Shown here in pieces: positions 1 through 11,604 of a DNA stretch of 64,000 bases. The stretch lies in the NCBI GenBank assembly GCA_947488625.1, contig CANKZR010000004.1, forward strand, positions 35,142 to 99,141, given 5' to 3'. The translations under genes and the position numbers were made by a program. The notes under the pieces are model-generated. The model saw nothing but the letters and a program-made list of their open reading frames with translations, searched no databases and had not been told where the DNA came from. Each line of letters starts with the position of its first letter. The stretch's first letter is position 1. This DNA is from an uncultured Sphingomonadaceae bacterium (GTDB taxonomy: Bacteria > Pseudomonadota > Alphaproteobacteria > Sphingomonadales > Sphingomonadaceae).

Positions 1-1
1 A

Positions 2-10
2 GAGTGCCAA
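2..10 (+). promoter_or_regulatory. Right half of a CIRCE (HrcA operator) element, truncated by the window edge
   Basis: GAGTGCCAA 35 bp upstream of groES matches the right arm of CIRCE (TTAGCACTC-N9-GAGTGCTAA) with one substitution; the left arm would lie outside the window. Confidence 0.6.
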
Positions 11-45
11 ACCTGTAACAACTCAAACTGGAAGAGGTCATACTT

Positions 46-333
46 ATGGCATTCCGTCCGCTGCACGACCGCGTACTGGTCCGCCGCCTCGAAGCCGAAG
101 AAAAAACGGCCGGTGGCATCATCATCCCCGATAGCGCCAAGGAAAAGCCGAGCGAAGGCGAAATCGTCTCGGTTGGCGAAGGCACTCGCGACGATTCCGG
201 CAACCGCGTCGCTCTCGACGTCAAGGCCGGCGACCGTGTCTTGTTCGGCAAGTGGTCCGGCACCGAGGTCAAGATCGACGGTGAAGACCTGATCATCATG
301 AAGGAAAGCGACATCATGGGTGTGCTGGGCTGA
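46..333 (+). CDS. groES: Co-chaperonin GroES
   Basis: [14 protein letters not shown]...[15 protein letters not shown] signature; RBS GAGG upstream; precedes groEL. Confidence 0.99.
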   Translation: MAFRPLHDRVLVRRLEAEEKTAGGIIIPDSAKEKPSEGEIVSVGEGTRDDSGNRVALDVKAGDRVLFGKWSGTEVKIDGEDLIIMKESDIMGVLG

Positions 334-353
334 TCTGCCCGCGCACGACCTGA

Positions 354-2051
<1,698 letters not shown>

Positions 2052-2087
2052 GCCCGACGCCAACCGTCTTACCGACGCAATAGAACG

Positions 2088-2119
2088 GGGCCGGAGAGAG
2101 CGATCTCTCCGGCCCTTTT
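2088..2119 (+). terminator. Rho-independent terminator of groESL
   Basis: GGGCCGGAGAGA-GCGA-TCTCTCCGGCCC perfect 12-bp stem followed by TTTT. Confidence 0.9.
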
Positions 2120-2173
2120 CTTTTGCCCGCACTCCCCTAGTCTGCGCATCGTTGATCAAGGGAAACCCGGAAT

Positions 2174-4024
2174 ATGAAACGTCTTGCCGCGCTCTTACTT
2201 GCCTCCGCCGCGCTGACCGGATGCGTCACCGCCAATGCCGAAATGGCCAATGCCAATATCGCGACAATCGAATGCACCCAGACCCAGGACGAGTGCATCA
2301 ATGCGTGGTTCGACGACAGGTTCGCAGAATTGCTCGCCTTCAGTCCGATCTTGCAGACCGGGCTCGGCCTCAAATCCGATTACGACAAGATCGACGACAT
2401 GAGCGTGGCCGGCATGGAAGCCGAGCGCGCATGGTGGCAATCCACGCTGGCCGAGATGGAAGCGAATTTCGATTACGCGGCGCTTTCGGATGAGGCGAAG
2501 ACAAGCTGGGACATGTGGACCTTCCGCGCCGAGCAGGCACAGGCTGCCGCGCAGTTCCGGCAGCAGGAGTTCGTGCTGCACCAGATGGGCACCGGCCACA
2601 CGAACCTGCCTACCTTCCTGATGAACCAGCACCGCGTTGCGAACGAGGCGGACATGGTTGACTATATCGCCCGGATCGGCGGCATCTCCACGGCACTGGA
2701 CCAGTTGCTGGAACGCGCACAGGCCAATGCCGCAGCGGGCACGCGTCCGCCCCGGTTTGCCTACGACGCGGTGATCGACGAATCGCGCAAGTTGACCACC
2801 GGCGCTCCGTTCGACGATGGGGAGCCATCGGCGCTCTGGTCAGCGACCGAGGAACGCCTCGCCAGCCTGGTGGAAAACGATGCCATCACGCCATCGCGCG
2901 CTGCCGAATTGCGGACGCAGGCCCGCGCGGCTCTCACCGGCGAACTGGCACCCGCCTATGCCCGGATCATCGACTGGTACACCCGCGACCGCGCCAATGC
3001 CGAAGCCGAAGCGCGCGGCGTCAGCGCGCTCGCAAATGGCGCGGAATTCTACAATTACAGACTTGGCGTCATGACCACGACCGACATGACTGCCGATGAA
3101 ATCCACCGGATCGGGCTCTCCGAAGTCGCGCGCATCCGAGGCGAGATGGAAACGATAAAGCAGCAGGTGGGCTTCGAAGGCAGTCTGCAGGAGTTCTTCG
3201 CCTTTGTCCGCGAGGACGAGCAGTTCGTGTATCCGAACAACGATGCTGGCGCGCAGATGTATATCGACCAGGCGAAGGAGCATCTGGCGTTTATCAACAC
3301 CCGCCTGCCAGATTTCTTCGGCACGCTGCCTGCCGCCCCGCTGGAAGTCCGCCGGGTGGAGCCTTTCCGCGAACAGGATGGGTCTGCCCAGCACTACCAG
3401 ACCGGATCAGTCGATGGCTCCCGTCCCGGTATCTACTACGCCCACCTCTCGGACATGAACGCCATGCCGATTCCGCCGCTGGAGGTGATCGCCTATCACG
3501 AAGGCAATCCCGGGCATCACATGCAGCTATCCATCGCGCAGGAGCTGACCGGGATCCCGAAGTTCCGTTCGCAAGGATATTACCTGTCGGCATTCAGCGA
3601 AGGCTGGGCGCTGTATTCGGAGATACTGGCGAAGGAAATGGGCGCTTACGAGAATCCCTATTCGGACTTCGGCCGCCTGACGACGGAGATGTGGCGGGCG
3701 ATCCGGCTGGTGGTGGACACAGGCATCCATTCCAAGGGCTGGACCGAGCAACAGGCTGTCGACTTCTTCCAGGAAAATTCGCCCATGCCCGAAACGACAT
3801 CGCGCACCGAGGTGCAGCGCTATTTCGTGATGCCGGGCCAGGCAACCAGCTACAAGATCGGCATGCTGAAGATACAGGAACTGCGCGCCCATGCCGAAGA
3901 TGAGCTGGGCGAGGCCTTCGACATTCGCGGCTTCCACGATACCGTGCTGGGCGGCGGATCGATGCCGCTCAACATCCTGGAAGAACGCGTGAACGACTGG
4001 ATCGCCAGCGTGCAGGAAAGCTGA
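2174..4024 (+). CDS. DUF885 family lipoprotein (putative metallopeptidase-like)
   Basis: Lipobox LTGC; AYHEGNPGHHMQ, EGWALYSE and PGQATSYKIG motifs typical of DUF885. Confidence 0.9.
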   Translation: MKRLAALLLASAALTGCVTANAEMANANIATIECTQTQDECINAWFDDRFAELLAFSPILQTGLGLKSDYDKIDDMSVAGMEAERAWWQSTLAEMEANFDYAALSDEAKTSWDMWTFRAEQAQAAAQFRQQEFVLHQMGTGHTNLPTFLMNQHRVANEADMVDYIARIGGISTALDQLLERAQANAAAGTRPPRFAYDAVIDESRKLTTGAPFDDGEPSALWSATEERLASLVENDAITPSRAAELRTQARAALTGELAPAYARIIDWYTRDRANAEAEARGVSALANGAEFYNYRLGVMTTTDMTADEIHRIGLSEVARIRGEMETIKQQVGFEGSLQEFFAFVREDEQFVYPNNDAGAQMYIDQAKEHLAFINTRLPDFFGTLPAAPLEVRRVEPFREQDGSAQHYQTGSVDGSRPGIYYAHLSDMNAMPIPPLEVIAYHEGNPGHHMQLSIAQELTGIPKFRSQGYYLSAFSEGWALYSEILAKEMGAYENPYSDFGRLTTEMWRAIRLVVDTGIHSKGWTEQQAVDFFQENSPMPETTSRTEVQRYFVMPGQATSYKIGMLKIQELRAHAEDELGEAFDIRGFHDTVLGGGSMPLNILEERVNDWIASVQES

Positions 4025-4028
4025 GGGT

Positions 4029-4577
4029 CTATTCCTCCGGCGTTGGTGTGCCGGGATTAACCTGCGCCTCGAACTCAGGCACTTCACGACCCGCGGCCTC
4101 GGCCTCGGTGCTTGCCACGCCGTTTGCGTCGATATCCTGGATCAGCCAGCGCATCTCGTCGATCTCGCGGCGCTGGGCGCGGATGATATCGTTCGCCAGC
4201 TTGCGGACCCGCACGTCCTCGATGCCCGCGCGCTCGCTGGTGAGGATCGCGATGGAATGGTGCGGGATCATGGCGGACATGTATTCTCTGTCGTCGATCG
4301 TGGTCTGGCTGCGCACCAGGAACAGCGACAAGGCGAAAGTCACCACGGCCACGCCGATGATGATCCAGTTTTTTACCTTGTTCTTGTACATACCCCACAT
4401 GAAGGCCAGCATCACCACGGCCATCACCGCACCCATGACGAACATCATCCAGAAGCGCGTTTCGCTCCAGAACACGTGATCGATGACATAGGTGTTGAGA
4501 TACATCAGTCCGAACATGATAACGGTTGATGTGCCCACCATGGCCATGAAACGCTTGTAGTTGCCTTCGTTCTGCAT
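4029..4577 (-). CDS. DUF305 domain membrane protein (copper-locus associated)
   Basis: Three N-terminal TM segments, then MIPHHSIAILTS...IIRAQRREI DUF305 helices. Confidence 0.8.
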   Translation of the reverse strand: MQNEGNYKRFMAMVGTSTVIMFGLMYLNTYVIDHVFWSETRFWMMFVMGAVMAVVMLAFMWGMYKNKVKNWIIIGVAVVTFALSLFLVRSQTTIDDREYMSAMIPHHSIAILTSERAGIEDVRVRKLANDIIRAQRREIDEMRWLIQDIDANGVASTEAEAAGREVPEFEAQVNPGTPTPEE

Positions 4578-4595
4578 AGTGATTGTTCCTTCCTC

Positions 4596-4868
4596 TTATC
4601 TCTTGGCCTTGGCGAACAAATCCACCAGCTCCCCGAACTTGGCGCGCTGTTCAGCTTCATCACCCGATGCAATAGCCTCTGCCACGCAGTGCGAGGCGTG
4701 GGTCTTGAGGATCTCGTCCTCTGCCTTTGCCAGCGCGGCCTTCACCGCCTGAATCTGGTGCAGGATATCGATGCAATACCGGTCCTCCTCCACCATTCGC
4801 GTGATGCCGCGCACCTGCCCCTCAATGCGACCAAGGCGATTTTTCAAGGCTATGGTTTGCTGCGGCAT
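4596..4868 (-). CDS. csoR: CsoR/RcnR-family metal-sensing repressor (Cu(I)-type C-H-C ligands)
   Basis: RLGRIEGQVRGI..YCIDILHQIQAVKAAL...HASHCV; start reassigned to ATG 4868 (MPQQT) within the longer ORF in the track. Confidence 0.9.
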   Translation of the reverse strand: MPQQTIALKNRLGRIEGQVRGITRMVEEDRYCIDILHQIQAVKAALAKAEDEILKTHASHCVAEAIASGDEAEQRAKFGELVDLFAKAKR

Positions 4869-4887
4869 GCACTTTCGTCCTCTTGAA

Positions 4888-4904
4888 ATACCCCCCCAGG
4901 GTAT
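4888..4904. promoter_or_regulatory. Putative CsoR operator between divergent csoR and copA
   Basis: ATACCCCCCCAGGGTAT: ATAC...GTAT inverted ends around a C/G tract, the known CsoR/RcnR operator architecture. Confidence 0.75.
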
Positions 4905-4917
4905 GTAACTCGATGCC

Positions 4918-6669
4918 ATGAAACAACCCCCCAGCTTTTCACGTCGCGGATTTATCGGAACAGGCGCCCTTGCTGCCGCCGGTCTGGCCGTTCCTGCATG
5001 GGCGCAAGGACAGTCTCTGACCCACGCCCGGCGTGGTTTCGGAGAGGTGACGGGCGACGTTATCGATCTCTCCATTGACCGGCACCACTTCAGCACCGGC
5101 GGGCGTAGCGGACACGCCATCGCCGTGAACGGCAGCGTGCCCGGACCGCTGGTGCGCCTGCGCGAAGGGCAGGACGTGGTGCTCAACGTCACCAACAACC
5201 TGGACGAGGACAGCTCCATTCACTGGCACGGGCTGCTGCTGCCGTTCCAGTTCGACGGGGTGCCGGGCGTCAGCTTTCCCGGCATCCGTCCGGGGGAGAC
5301 GTTCCAGTACCGCTTCCCTGTTCGCCAGAACGGCACATACTGGTGGCACAGCCATTCGGGTCTCCAGGAACAGGCCGGGCATTACGGCCCCATTGTGATC
5401 GATGCCGCAGAGCCTGACCCGCGCTATGACCGCGACTACGTAGTGCTGCTGAGCGAGTTTACCCCGCGCCATCCGCACGAGATTGCGCGCAAGCTGATGG
5501 TGGGGGAGCATTACTTCAACCGCCAGATGATGACGGTAGGCAACGGCGAAATGAGCCTGGAAGACCGCCTGATGTGGGGCGCAATGCGGATGAACCCGCG
5601 CGACATTTCGGATGTCACCGGCGCGACCTACACCTTCCTCGTCAACGGTCACGGCCCGGCGGACGATCTGGAATTCCAGTTCAATCCGGGAGAGCGGGTG
5701 CGGCTGCGGATCATCAACGGCTCTGCCATGACATTCTTCAACGTGCGTATTCCCGGCGTGCCGATGCAGGTGATCGCGGCGGACGGACAGGAAGTCGATC
5801 CCGTCGCGGTCGACGAGTTCCAGATCGGCACTGCCGAAACCTACGACGTGATCGTGACCCCGCCCGATGGCAGCCATGCTTTCGTGGCCGAGGCGATGGA
5901 CCGTTCGGGCATGGGGATCGCCAGTCTCACTTCACACGCCGGACACCGCGCCACACCCCCGCCGCTGCGCGAGCCGGTGACGCTGACCATGGCCGATATG
6001 GGCATGGGCGGCATGGACCATGGCTCAATGGATCATGCCACGATGGATCATGCAGGTCATGGCGGGATGGATATGAGCGATGACAATACGGGTGCCATGG
6101 ACCACTCGATGCGCGATACCTCGTTGTTACCGCCCGATGTGAAGGTCGGCCCCGGGATCGATATGGTTGCCCCCATGCCGGTGGACCGGATGGATTTTCC
6201 CGGCCTCGGTCTCGACACCGTGCCCCACCGTGTGCTGCGCTATACCGATCTGAAAGCGAGGAACGCCAATCCGCATCGCATGCCGACGCGCAGCATGGAA
6301 ATACATCTCACCGGCAACATGGAACGCTACATGTGGTCGTTCGATGGCAAGCAGTTCAGCGCCGTATCCGACGACCCCATTCGCTTCGGCTATGACGAAC
6401 GGGTCCGCGTGAAACTCGTGAACGACACCATGATGGCCCACCCCATCCACCTGCATGGCCATTTCTTCGAACTGGTGAACGGCGCAGGGATGATGAACCA
6501 GCCGCTGAAGCACACGGTGGTGGTGCAACCCGGCAGCACGGCGACCTTCGACCTTACAGCGAACGAGCCGGGCGACTGGGCCTTTCACTGCCACCTGCTC
6601 TATCACATGCACGCAGGCATGATGCAGACTGTTACCGTGCGCCCCTTCCCCGAAGAGGGAGAGGCGTGA
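4918..6669 (+). CDS. copA: Copper-resistance multicopper oxidase CopA (Tat-exported)
   Basis: Twin-arginine SRRGFIG; HWHG, WWHSH, HPIHLHGH and HCHLLYHM copper motifs; Met/His-rich insert. Confidence 0.97.
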   Translation: MKQPPSFSRRGFIGTGALAAAGLAVPAWAQGQSLTHARRGFGEVTGDVIDLSIDRHHFSTGGRSGHAIAVNGSVPGPLVRLREGQDVVLNVTNNLDEDSSIHWHGLLLPFQFDGVPGVSFPGIRPGETFQYRFPVRQNGTYWWHSHSGLQEQAGHYGPIVIDAAEPDPRYDRDYVVLLSEFTPRHPHEIARKLMVGEHYFNRQMMTVGNGEMSLEDRLMWGAMRMNPRDISDVTGATYTFLVNGHGPADDLEFQFNPGERVRLRIINGSAMTFFNVRIPGVPMQVIAADGQEVDPVAVDEFQIGTAETYDVIVTPPDGSHAFVAEAMDRSGMGIASLTSHAGHRATPPPLREPVTLTMADMGMGGMDHGSMDHATMDHAGHGGMDMSDDNTGAMDHSMRDTSLLPPDVKVGPGIDMVAPMPVDRMDFPGLGLDTVPHRVLRYTDLKARNANPHRMPTRSMEIHLTGNMERYMWSFDGKQFSAVSDDPIRFGYDERVRVKLVNDTMMAHPIHLHGHFFELVNGAGMMNQPLKHTVVVQPGSTATFDLTANEPGDWAFHCHLLYHMHAGMMQTVTVRPFPEEGEA

Positions 6670-7748
6670 TGCGCGCGTTTCTACTGGCAGGCGCCGCCTT
6701 TCTCGCAATCCCTGCCGCGGCACAGGATCACTCCGGCCATGCCGGACACGAAGCGCCTGTGCAGGAGGAGACGGACCACTCCGCGCATGAAGCGATGGAC
6801 CATTCGCAGCATACGATGGAAGACCCCGAAGAACCCGTTGTGGATCATGGGGAGTATCGGGGAATGGATCATTCCACCATGGATCACTCGCAGATGGGTC
6901 ATGGCGAAATGGACCACTCGACGATGGATCACTCGACGATGAACCACGGCGAGGTGGATCACTCCCAGATGGATCATGGCGATCACGCTGACATGGAAAT
7001 TCCTGCCGGACCGCCGCCGCCCCGCGCCTTCGAAAGACCGCGCCATGCAGCCGAGATGTTCTTCGACGCCGATCGCCTCGCCGCAGCACGCGCCTACAAC
7101 CGCATCGCGCATGGCAATATGACCACCGGCATGGTGCTGGCCGAACGGGTGGAAGCGCGCGTAGCCGATGGGCACGACGAGTTTCTCTGGGATGTCAGTG
7201 CCTGGTACGGTACATCGCTCGACAAGATCGTGTTCAAGAGTGAGGGCGAAGGCGAATTTGGCAGCGGCGAGGTGGAAGATGCGGAAATGCAGCTTCTATG
7301 GGGCCACGCCATCGGACCGTTCACCGACTTGCAGGCGGGCATGCGCGTGGACGTGGAGCCCGAAACCACCGCGCACCTGGCCGTAGGTGCGGCGGGCCTT
7401 GCGCCCTACATGATCCATTTCGATGCCGCCGCTTTCCTCTCCGACGAAGGCGATCTGACCGCGCGGGTCGAGGCAGAACACGATATGAGGTTTACGCAAA
7501 AGCTGATCCTGCAACCGCGCGTGGAAGCCGAATTGTCGGCGCAGGACATTCCCGAACGCGGGGTGGGCGCCGGACTTTCGAAGATCGAAGTGGGCGCGAG
7601 GCTCCGCTACGAAATCGTGCCCGAGTTCGCGCCCTACGTGGGCGTGGAATACGAGGCCGCGACCGGCCGGACGGCGGATTATATCCGCGCCGCCGGGGAT
7701 GACCCCGACGGCGTTTCGATATTGCTAGGCGTGCGCTTCTGGTTCTGA
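6666..7748 (+). CDS. copB: Copper-resistance outer-membrane protein CopB
   Basis: Overlaps the copA stop; signal peptide, His/Met-rich N-terminus, YEIVPEFAPYVGV motif, C-terminal aromatic WF. Confidence 0.93.
   Translation: MMRAFLLAGAAFLAIPAAAQDHSGHAGHEAPVQEETDHSAHEAMDHSQHTMEDPEEPVVDHGEYRGMDHSTMDHSQMGHGEMDHSTMDHSTMNHGEVDHSQMDHGDHADMEIPAGPPPPRAFERPRHAAEMFFDADRLAAARAYNRIAHGNMTTGMVLAERVEARVADGHDEFLWDVSAWYGTSLDKIVFKSEGEGEFGSGEVEDAEMQLLWGHAIGPFTDLQAGMRVDVEPETTAHLAVGAAGLAPYMIHFDAAAFLSDEGDLTARVEAEHDMRFTQKLILQPRVEAELSAQDIPERGVGAGLSKIEVGARLRYEIVPEFAPYVGVEYEAATGRTADYIRAAGDDPDGVSILLGVRFWF
6864..6983 (+). repeat. Eight tandem 15-bp units encoding (M/V)(D/G/N)Hxx in copB
   Basis: atggatcattccacc / atggatcactcgcag / atgggtcatggcgaa / atggaccactcgacg / atggatcactcgacg / atgaaccacggcgag / gtggatcactcccag / atggatcatggcgat. 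Confidence 0.85.
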
Positions 7749-7755
7749 CGAACCG

Positions 7756-10038
7756 TCAGCCACCCATCCGGCTGCGCTGGGCTGCCTCGACCTGTTCTGC
7801 AGTCCATTCCACCGGATATTGCGTCTGCGGGTTGAACACGTCGCCCCGGTAGTTGGCCGCTTCGGCGGCAGCGATTTCCTCGGCGGTCAGGTGTTCGCTG
7901 GGCTCCAGCGCGAAGACGTCGATCCCGCGGGCGATCTCGGTGGCGTAGATGCGGCCGTTGTACCAGTAGGCAGACCAGTACCCGCCGGTAACCAGCTGAT
8001 CGTCATCAATCGGACCGCGATCGAAATAGGCGATCTCGAAAGGGTTTGCGGGATCGGTAAAATCGATCACCGAAACGCCGCCCTGGTACCAGGCCTGCAC
8101 GAAGATGTTACGCCCCGGCACCGGGATGATGGAGCCGTTGTGCGCCACGCAGTTCTCGGTGTCGCCCTGCGGTGCGGGCAGCTTGAAGGTGCCGCGATAT
8201 TCCAGCTGTCCATCCACGATGGCGTAGAAGGCGTTGGCACCCCATTCGCGCGGGTCGGTCGCCTGGCAACGCGGACGACCGCCGCCGCCCCATTCGTCGG
8301 TGAACAGCACGATATCGCCAGTGTTGTTGAACGTGGCGGAATGCCAGTAGGCAAAACCGGGGTCCACCACCTCGTCCTTCCGCACCGGGTTCAGCGGGTC
8401 GGAGATATCGAAGATGATGCCGTTGCCCGAACACGCTCCTGCCGCAAGGTTCAGCGAGGGGAACACGGTAATGTCGTGGCACTGGTCGGTACGGCGGGTT
8501 TCCTGCGTCTCGTCGCCATGATCGCCCCCCTGCCACAGGCCAGCCAGTCGCCCGGTTTCCGCATCGGCGAACACGGCGGGGCTAGATACTATGCGCGACA
8601 GTGAAGGATCGGCCAGCGGAATTTCCACCACGTCGATACGGAACAATGCAGTGCGTTCATCGCCCGGCACATCGCCGATGCAGATGTCCAGTTCCTCGGT
8701 TTCGCGCACGGAGCCCGTGCCGGAATTGTAGACGATCAGGCTGTCATCGGTGCGCGTGACGATGGAATGGGTGTGGCTGCCCCGGCAGGTCTGCACCTGT
8801 CCCACCTGCACCGGTCGGGTGATGTCGGAAATATCGAAGACGCGCAGGCCGCGGAAACGGTCTTCGCTCACGCGGTCGGTCACCCCTTCGAGGCCGCAGT
8901 CGGTCCGCCCGCGCGTTTCCTCCACGCTCATGATGAGAAGATCGCCCGCGATCGAGACATCACCCTGTCCGCCTGGACACACGACCGAGCTGACCAGCTG
9001 CGGCACACCGTCCGCGCCAAGGCGGTAGGCGTTAAAACCGTGGTAGTTGCCGGCCACCATCAGGTCGCCCGCAAAGGCGAGATCGGTGTTGGAGAAGCTG
9101 AGCATTCCGCCACGCTGGGCGTAGCGACGCTCATCCTCCTCGGTTTCAGGATCGCGAATGACCGATGCGGCCATTTCGGCATGGTCCGCGTGGTCTGCGT
9201 CTCCAGCGTCATGCTCCATGTCGCTGTCGGCTTCTCCTTCAACCTCTTCCTCGTCGGAAAGGATTTCCGGACGCAGCCCGGCAGGGTTCTCCGGATCGAA
9301 GAAGCCTGCAGGTTTGCGCAGGAAGGCGACGTGGCGAAGGTTGCTGATCGCTTCGCCCGCATCGAATACGCCCGCGGCCAGCGTGGCGCGTGGATCGTCG
9401 GAAAGGCTGGCGAGGAAGGCGTTCATCCGCTCAATCTCGGCGTTCTGGTCGTTCACAACCTCGCTGGTGAATTCGTACATCACCGGATCTGCCGCGGTAC
9501 CCCGCTGGCTGTGAAGTTCTTCCACCATGGTGATCGCGCCCTGGTGGTGACGCACCATCATTTCCAGGAACAGGCGATCGAAATTGGTGCCGCGAGCCGC
9601 CTCCAGTGCTGCAAGTTGTTCAGGTGTTGCCATACCCACCATGCCCGAATGCGCGGCGTGCCCCATGCCCGCCATGTCCAGCGGTTCGCTGCGGTCGGAC
9701 AGCCAGCCGCGCATGAATTCGATCTCGTCTTCCTGCGACGCATCGATCCGGCCTGCCACGGCGAGTATCTCCGGCGTGTTGGTGCGATCTTCCACCAGCG
9801 CCGCCATGTCCACGGCTTGCTGATGGTGCACGATCATCCCCTGCATGAAAGTGACGTCCGCCGGGGAGTAGGCGTTGCGCGCAAGTTGCCTTGCCTCGTC
9901 CTCGCTCAGCGTGCGCGGTGCCTGGCCGATGCCGCCGGGCTGTACGATAGTCACATCTTGCGCGGAAGCCGTGGCGGCACTGGCTAGAAGGATAGCCGCG
10001 AGCGATGCTCCTGACGACAGGCGAAAGCGATTGGTCAT
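7756..10038 (-). CDS. Secreted DUF305 + LVIVD-repeat (beta-propeller) fusion protein
   Basis: Signal peptide from MTNRFRL (ATG 10038); two MxxHH DUF305 motifs; GLRVFDISD and GVSVIDFTDP LVIVD-type repeats. Confidence 0.75.
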   Translation of the reverse strand: MTNRFRLSSGASLAAILLASAATASAQDVTIVQPGGIGQAPRTLSEDEARQLARNAYSPADVTFMQGMIVHHQQAVDMAALVEDRTNTPEILAVAGRIDASQEDEIEFMRGWLSDRSEPLDMAGMGHAAHSGMVGMATPEQLAALEAARGTNFDRLFLEMMVRHHQGAITMVEELHSQRGTAADPVMYEFTSEVVNDQNAEIERMNAFLASLSDDPRATLAAGVFDAGEAISNLRHVAFLRKPAGFFDPENPAGLRPEILSDEEEVEGEADSDMEHDAGDADHADHAEMAASVIRDPETEEDERRYAQRGGMLSFSNTDLAFAGDLMVAGNYHGFNAYRLGADGVPQLVSSVVCPGGQGDVSIAGDLLIMSVEETRGRTDCGLEGVTDRVSEDRFRGLRVFDISDITRPVQVGQVQTCRGSHTHSIVTRTDDSLIVYNSGTGSVRETEELDICIGDVPGDERTALFRIDVVEIPLADPSLSRIVSSPAVFADAETGRLAGLWQGGDHGDETQETRRTDQCHDITVFPSLNLAAGACSGNGIIFDISDPLNPVRKDEVVDPGFAYWHSATFNNTGDIVLFTDEWGGGGRPRCQATDPREWGANAFYAIVDGQLEYRGTFKLPAPQGDTENCVAHNGSIIPVPGRNIFVQAWYQGGVSVIDFTDPANPFEIAYFDRGPIDDDQLVTGGYWSAYWYNGRIYATEIARGIDVFALEPSEHLTAEEIAAAEAANYRGDVFNPQTQYPVEWTAEQVEAAQRSRMGG

Positions 10039-10190
10039 GTAGTGCGATCCCGAAACTGTTTTCATTCGATACCTTTAGGAGCGACAAAGCGCGCCCTCGT
10101 CAAGCCGGTACCTTCGATCAGTGGCCCGCTTGTCGTGCACCGAGCCAGGGCGTAGTTTGCTCCAGTAGACAGAGCGAGGGGAAGGTGTTC

Positions 10191-10988
10191 ATGCGCAATG
10201 GTATCATCGCGAGCGTCCTGCTGCTGGGCCTAACGGCCTGTGCGGAGGAGCCGCAACCTGCTGGCCCAGAAACCGCCGACTATTCGGCGCGGCAATACAT
10301 GCAGGCGATCAACGATATCGCGCGCATGGATGATCGTCAGTATGACGATGCGCGAAAGCCGGGCGAGCTGCTGGCGTTTGCTCGGATCGACAAGGGCGAG
10401 GTGGTTGGCGACTATATAATGGGCGGCGGTTATCTCACCCGGCTGCTGGCAACAGCCGTGGGCGCAGACGGAAAAGTCTATGCCTTCCAGCCGGAGGAAT
10501 TCATCGCTTTCAGGCCGGAGTATGCCGCGGAGCAGGATGCCGCCGTTGCGCCCTATTCCGATATCGACGGCAATCCGGTGAACGTTTTCCCGCTGCGCGG
10601 TCCGATTGCAGAGCCGGGTTGGCCCGAACCGCTCGACAGTTTAATCACGGTAATGAATTTCCACGATCTCTACATCGCGCAAATGCCCGAAGGCACGGCG
10701 GATCAGGCGGTGCAAATGCTCTACAATGCGCTGAGACCCGGCGGAACGCTGGTGGTGGTGGATCACCTGGCCGTAGAAGGCGGCGGCGTGGACGCGGCCG
10801 ACCAGTTGCACCGGATGGACAAACAGATGGCACTGGATGCATTGACGGGTGTCGGCTTCGTCTTGGAGGCGGAATCCGATCTCTATTCCCGGCCCGGCGA
10901 TCCACGTGACTCCAACGTGTTCGACCCAGCCATTCGCGGGAACACCGACATGTTTGCCTGGCGCCTGCGCAAGCCGAACGCGGACTGA
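10191..10988 (+). CDS. Class I SAM-dependent methyltransferase-like lipoprotein
   Basis: Start MRNGII with lipobox LTAC; VVGDYIMGGGYLTR motif I; LRPGG motif. Confidence 0.75.
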   Translation: MRNGIIASVLLLGLTACAEEPQPAGPETADYSARQYMQAINDIARMDDRQYDDARKPGELLAFARIDKGEVVGDYIMGGGYLTRLLATAVGADGKVYAFQPEEFIAFRPEYAAEQDAAVAPYSDIDGNPVNVFPLRGPIAEPGWPEPLDSLITVMNFHDLYIAQMPEGTADQAVQMLYNALRPGGTLVVVDHLAVEGGGVDAADQLHRMDKQMALDALTGVGFVLEAESDLYSRPGDPRDSNVFDPAIRGNTDMFAWRLRKPNAD

Positions 10989-11067
10989 TTAAGCGCGCCT
11001 TTTTCCGGCACGATTCGGTTGCCTGCCCGTTGTTGAGTCTCAACATCAATTGCAGGAGAGCAAAGCA

Positions 11068-11475
11068 ATGAAAGTCCCGCACAAAGCCCACGTCGCCCTC
11101 GTCGATGGAGAGCGATTCGTGCTGTTGCGCAACGACGGACAGATTTTCGAGCCCAAGCTTTCAAAAGTTGCAGAACCCAAACTCGACCCCACCAATTTCA
11201 GCGCCGGTGTGAAGCATCAGGACCATGCCGGCCAGATTGCCGGCAACACCGATCTCAATGAACTGGCTCACGGCGCTGCCGCTGCCGAATGGCTGAATGC
11301 CAAGGCCATCGCGAACGAGATCGACGAGCTTCTGATCGTGGCCGACCCGAAGACCCTGGGTGAAATGCGGCGGCACTATCACGTCGAACTGGAAAAGCGT
11401 CTGGTTGGTGAATTGGACAAGGCACTGACCCATGAACCGTTGGAGAAAATCGGCAAGGTTCTGGCCAACGCCTGA
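11068..11475 (+). CDS. Host-attachment family protein (baeRF12-like)
   Basis: ALVDGERF...LLIVADPKTLGEMRRHY..V...LVGELDKALT pattern; RBS GGAG upstream. Confidence 0.75.
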   Translation: MKVPHKAHVALVDGERFVLLRNDGQIFEPKLSKVAEPKLDPTNFSAGVKHQDHAGQIAGNTDLNELAHGAAAAEWLNAKAIANEIDELLIVADPKTLGEMRRHYHVELEKRLVGELDKALTHEPLEKIGKVLANA

Positions 11476-11604
11476 TCCCTGCAAACGCCCCAAAACGGCC
11501 ACACCGACTCGGTACATCGTCAATTCCGCGCGATTCGTCGCGCGGGATTGTTATTCCCTATGCGATTAAGCATTTGCTAAGCACGTTTCAGGCAATCTCG
11601 CTTC

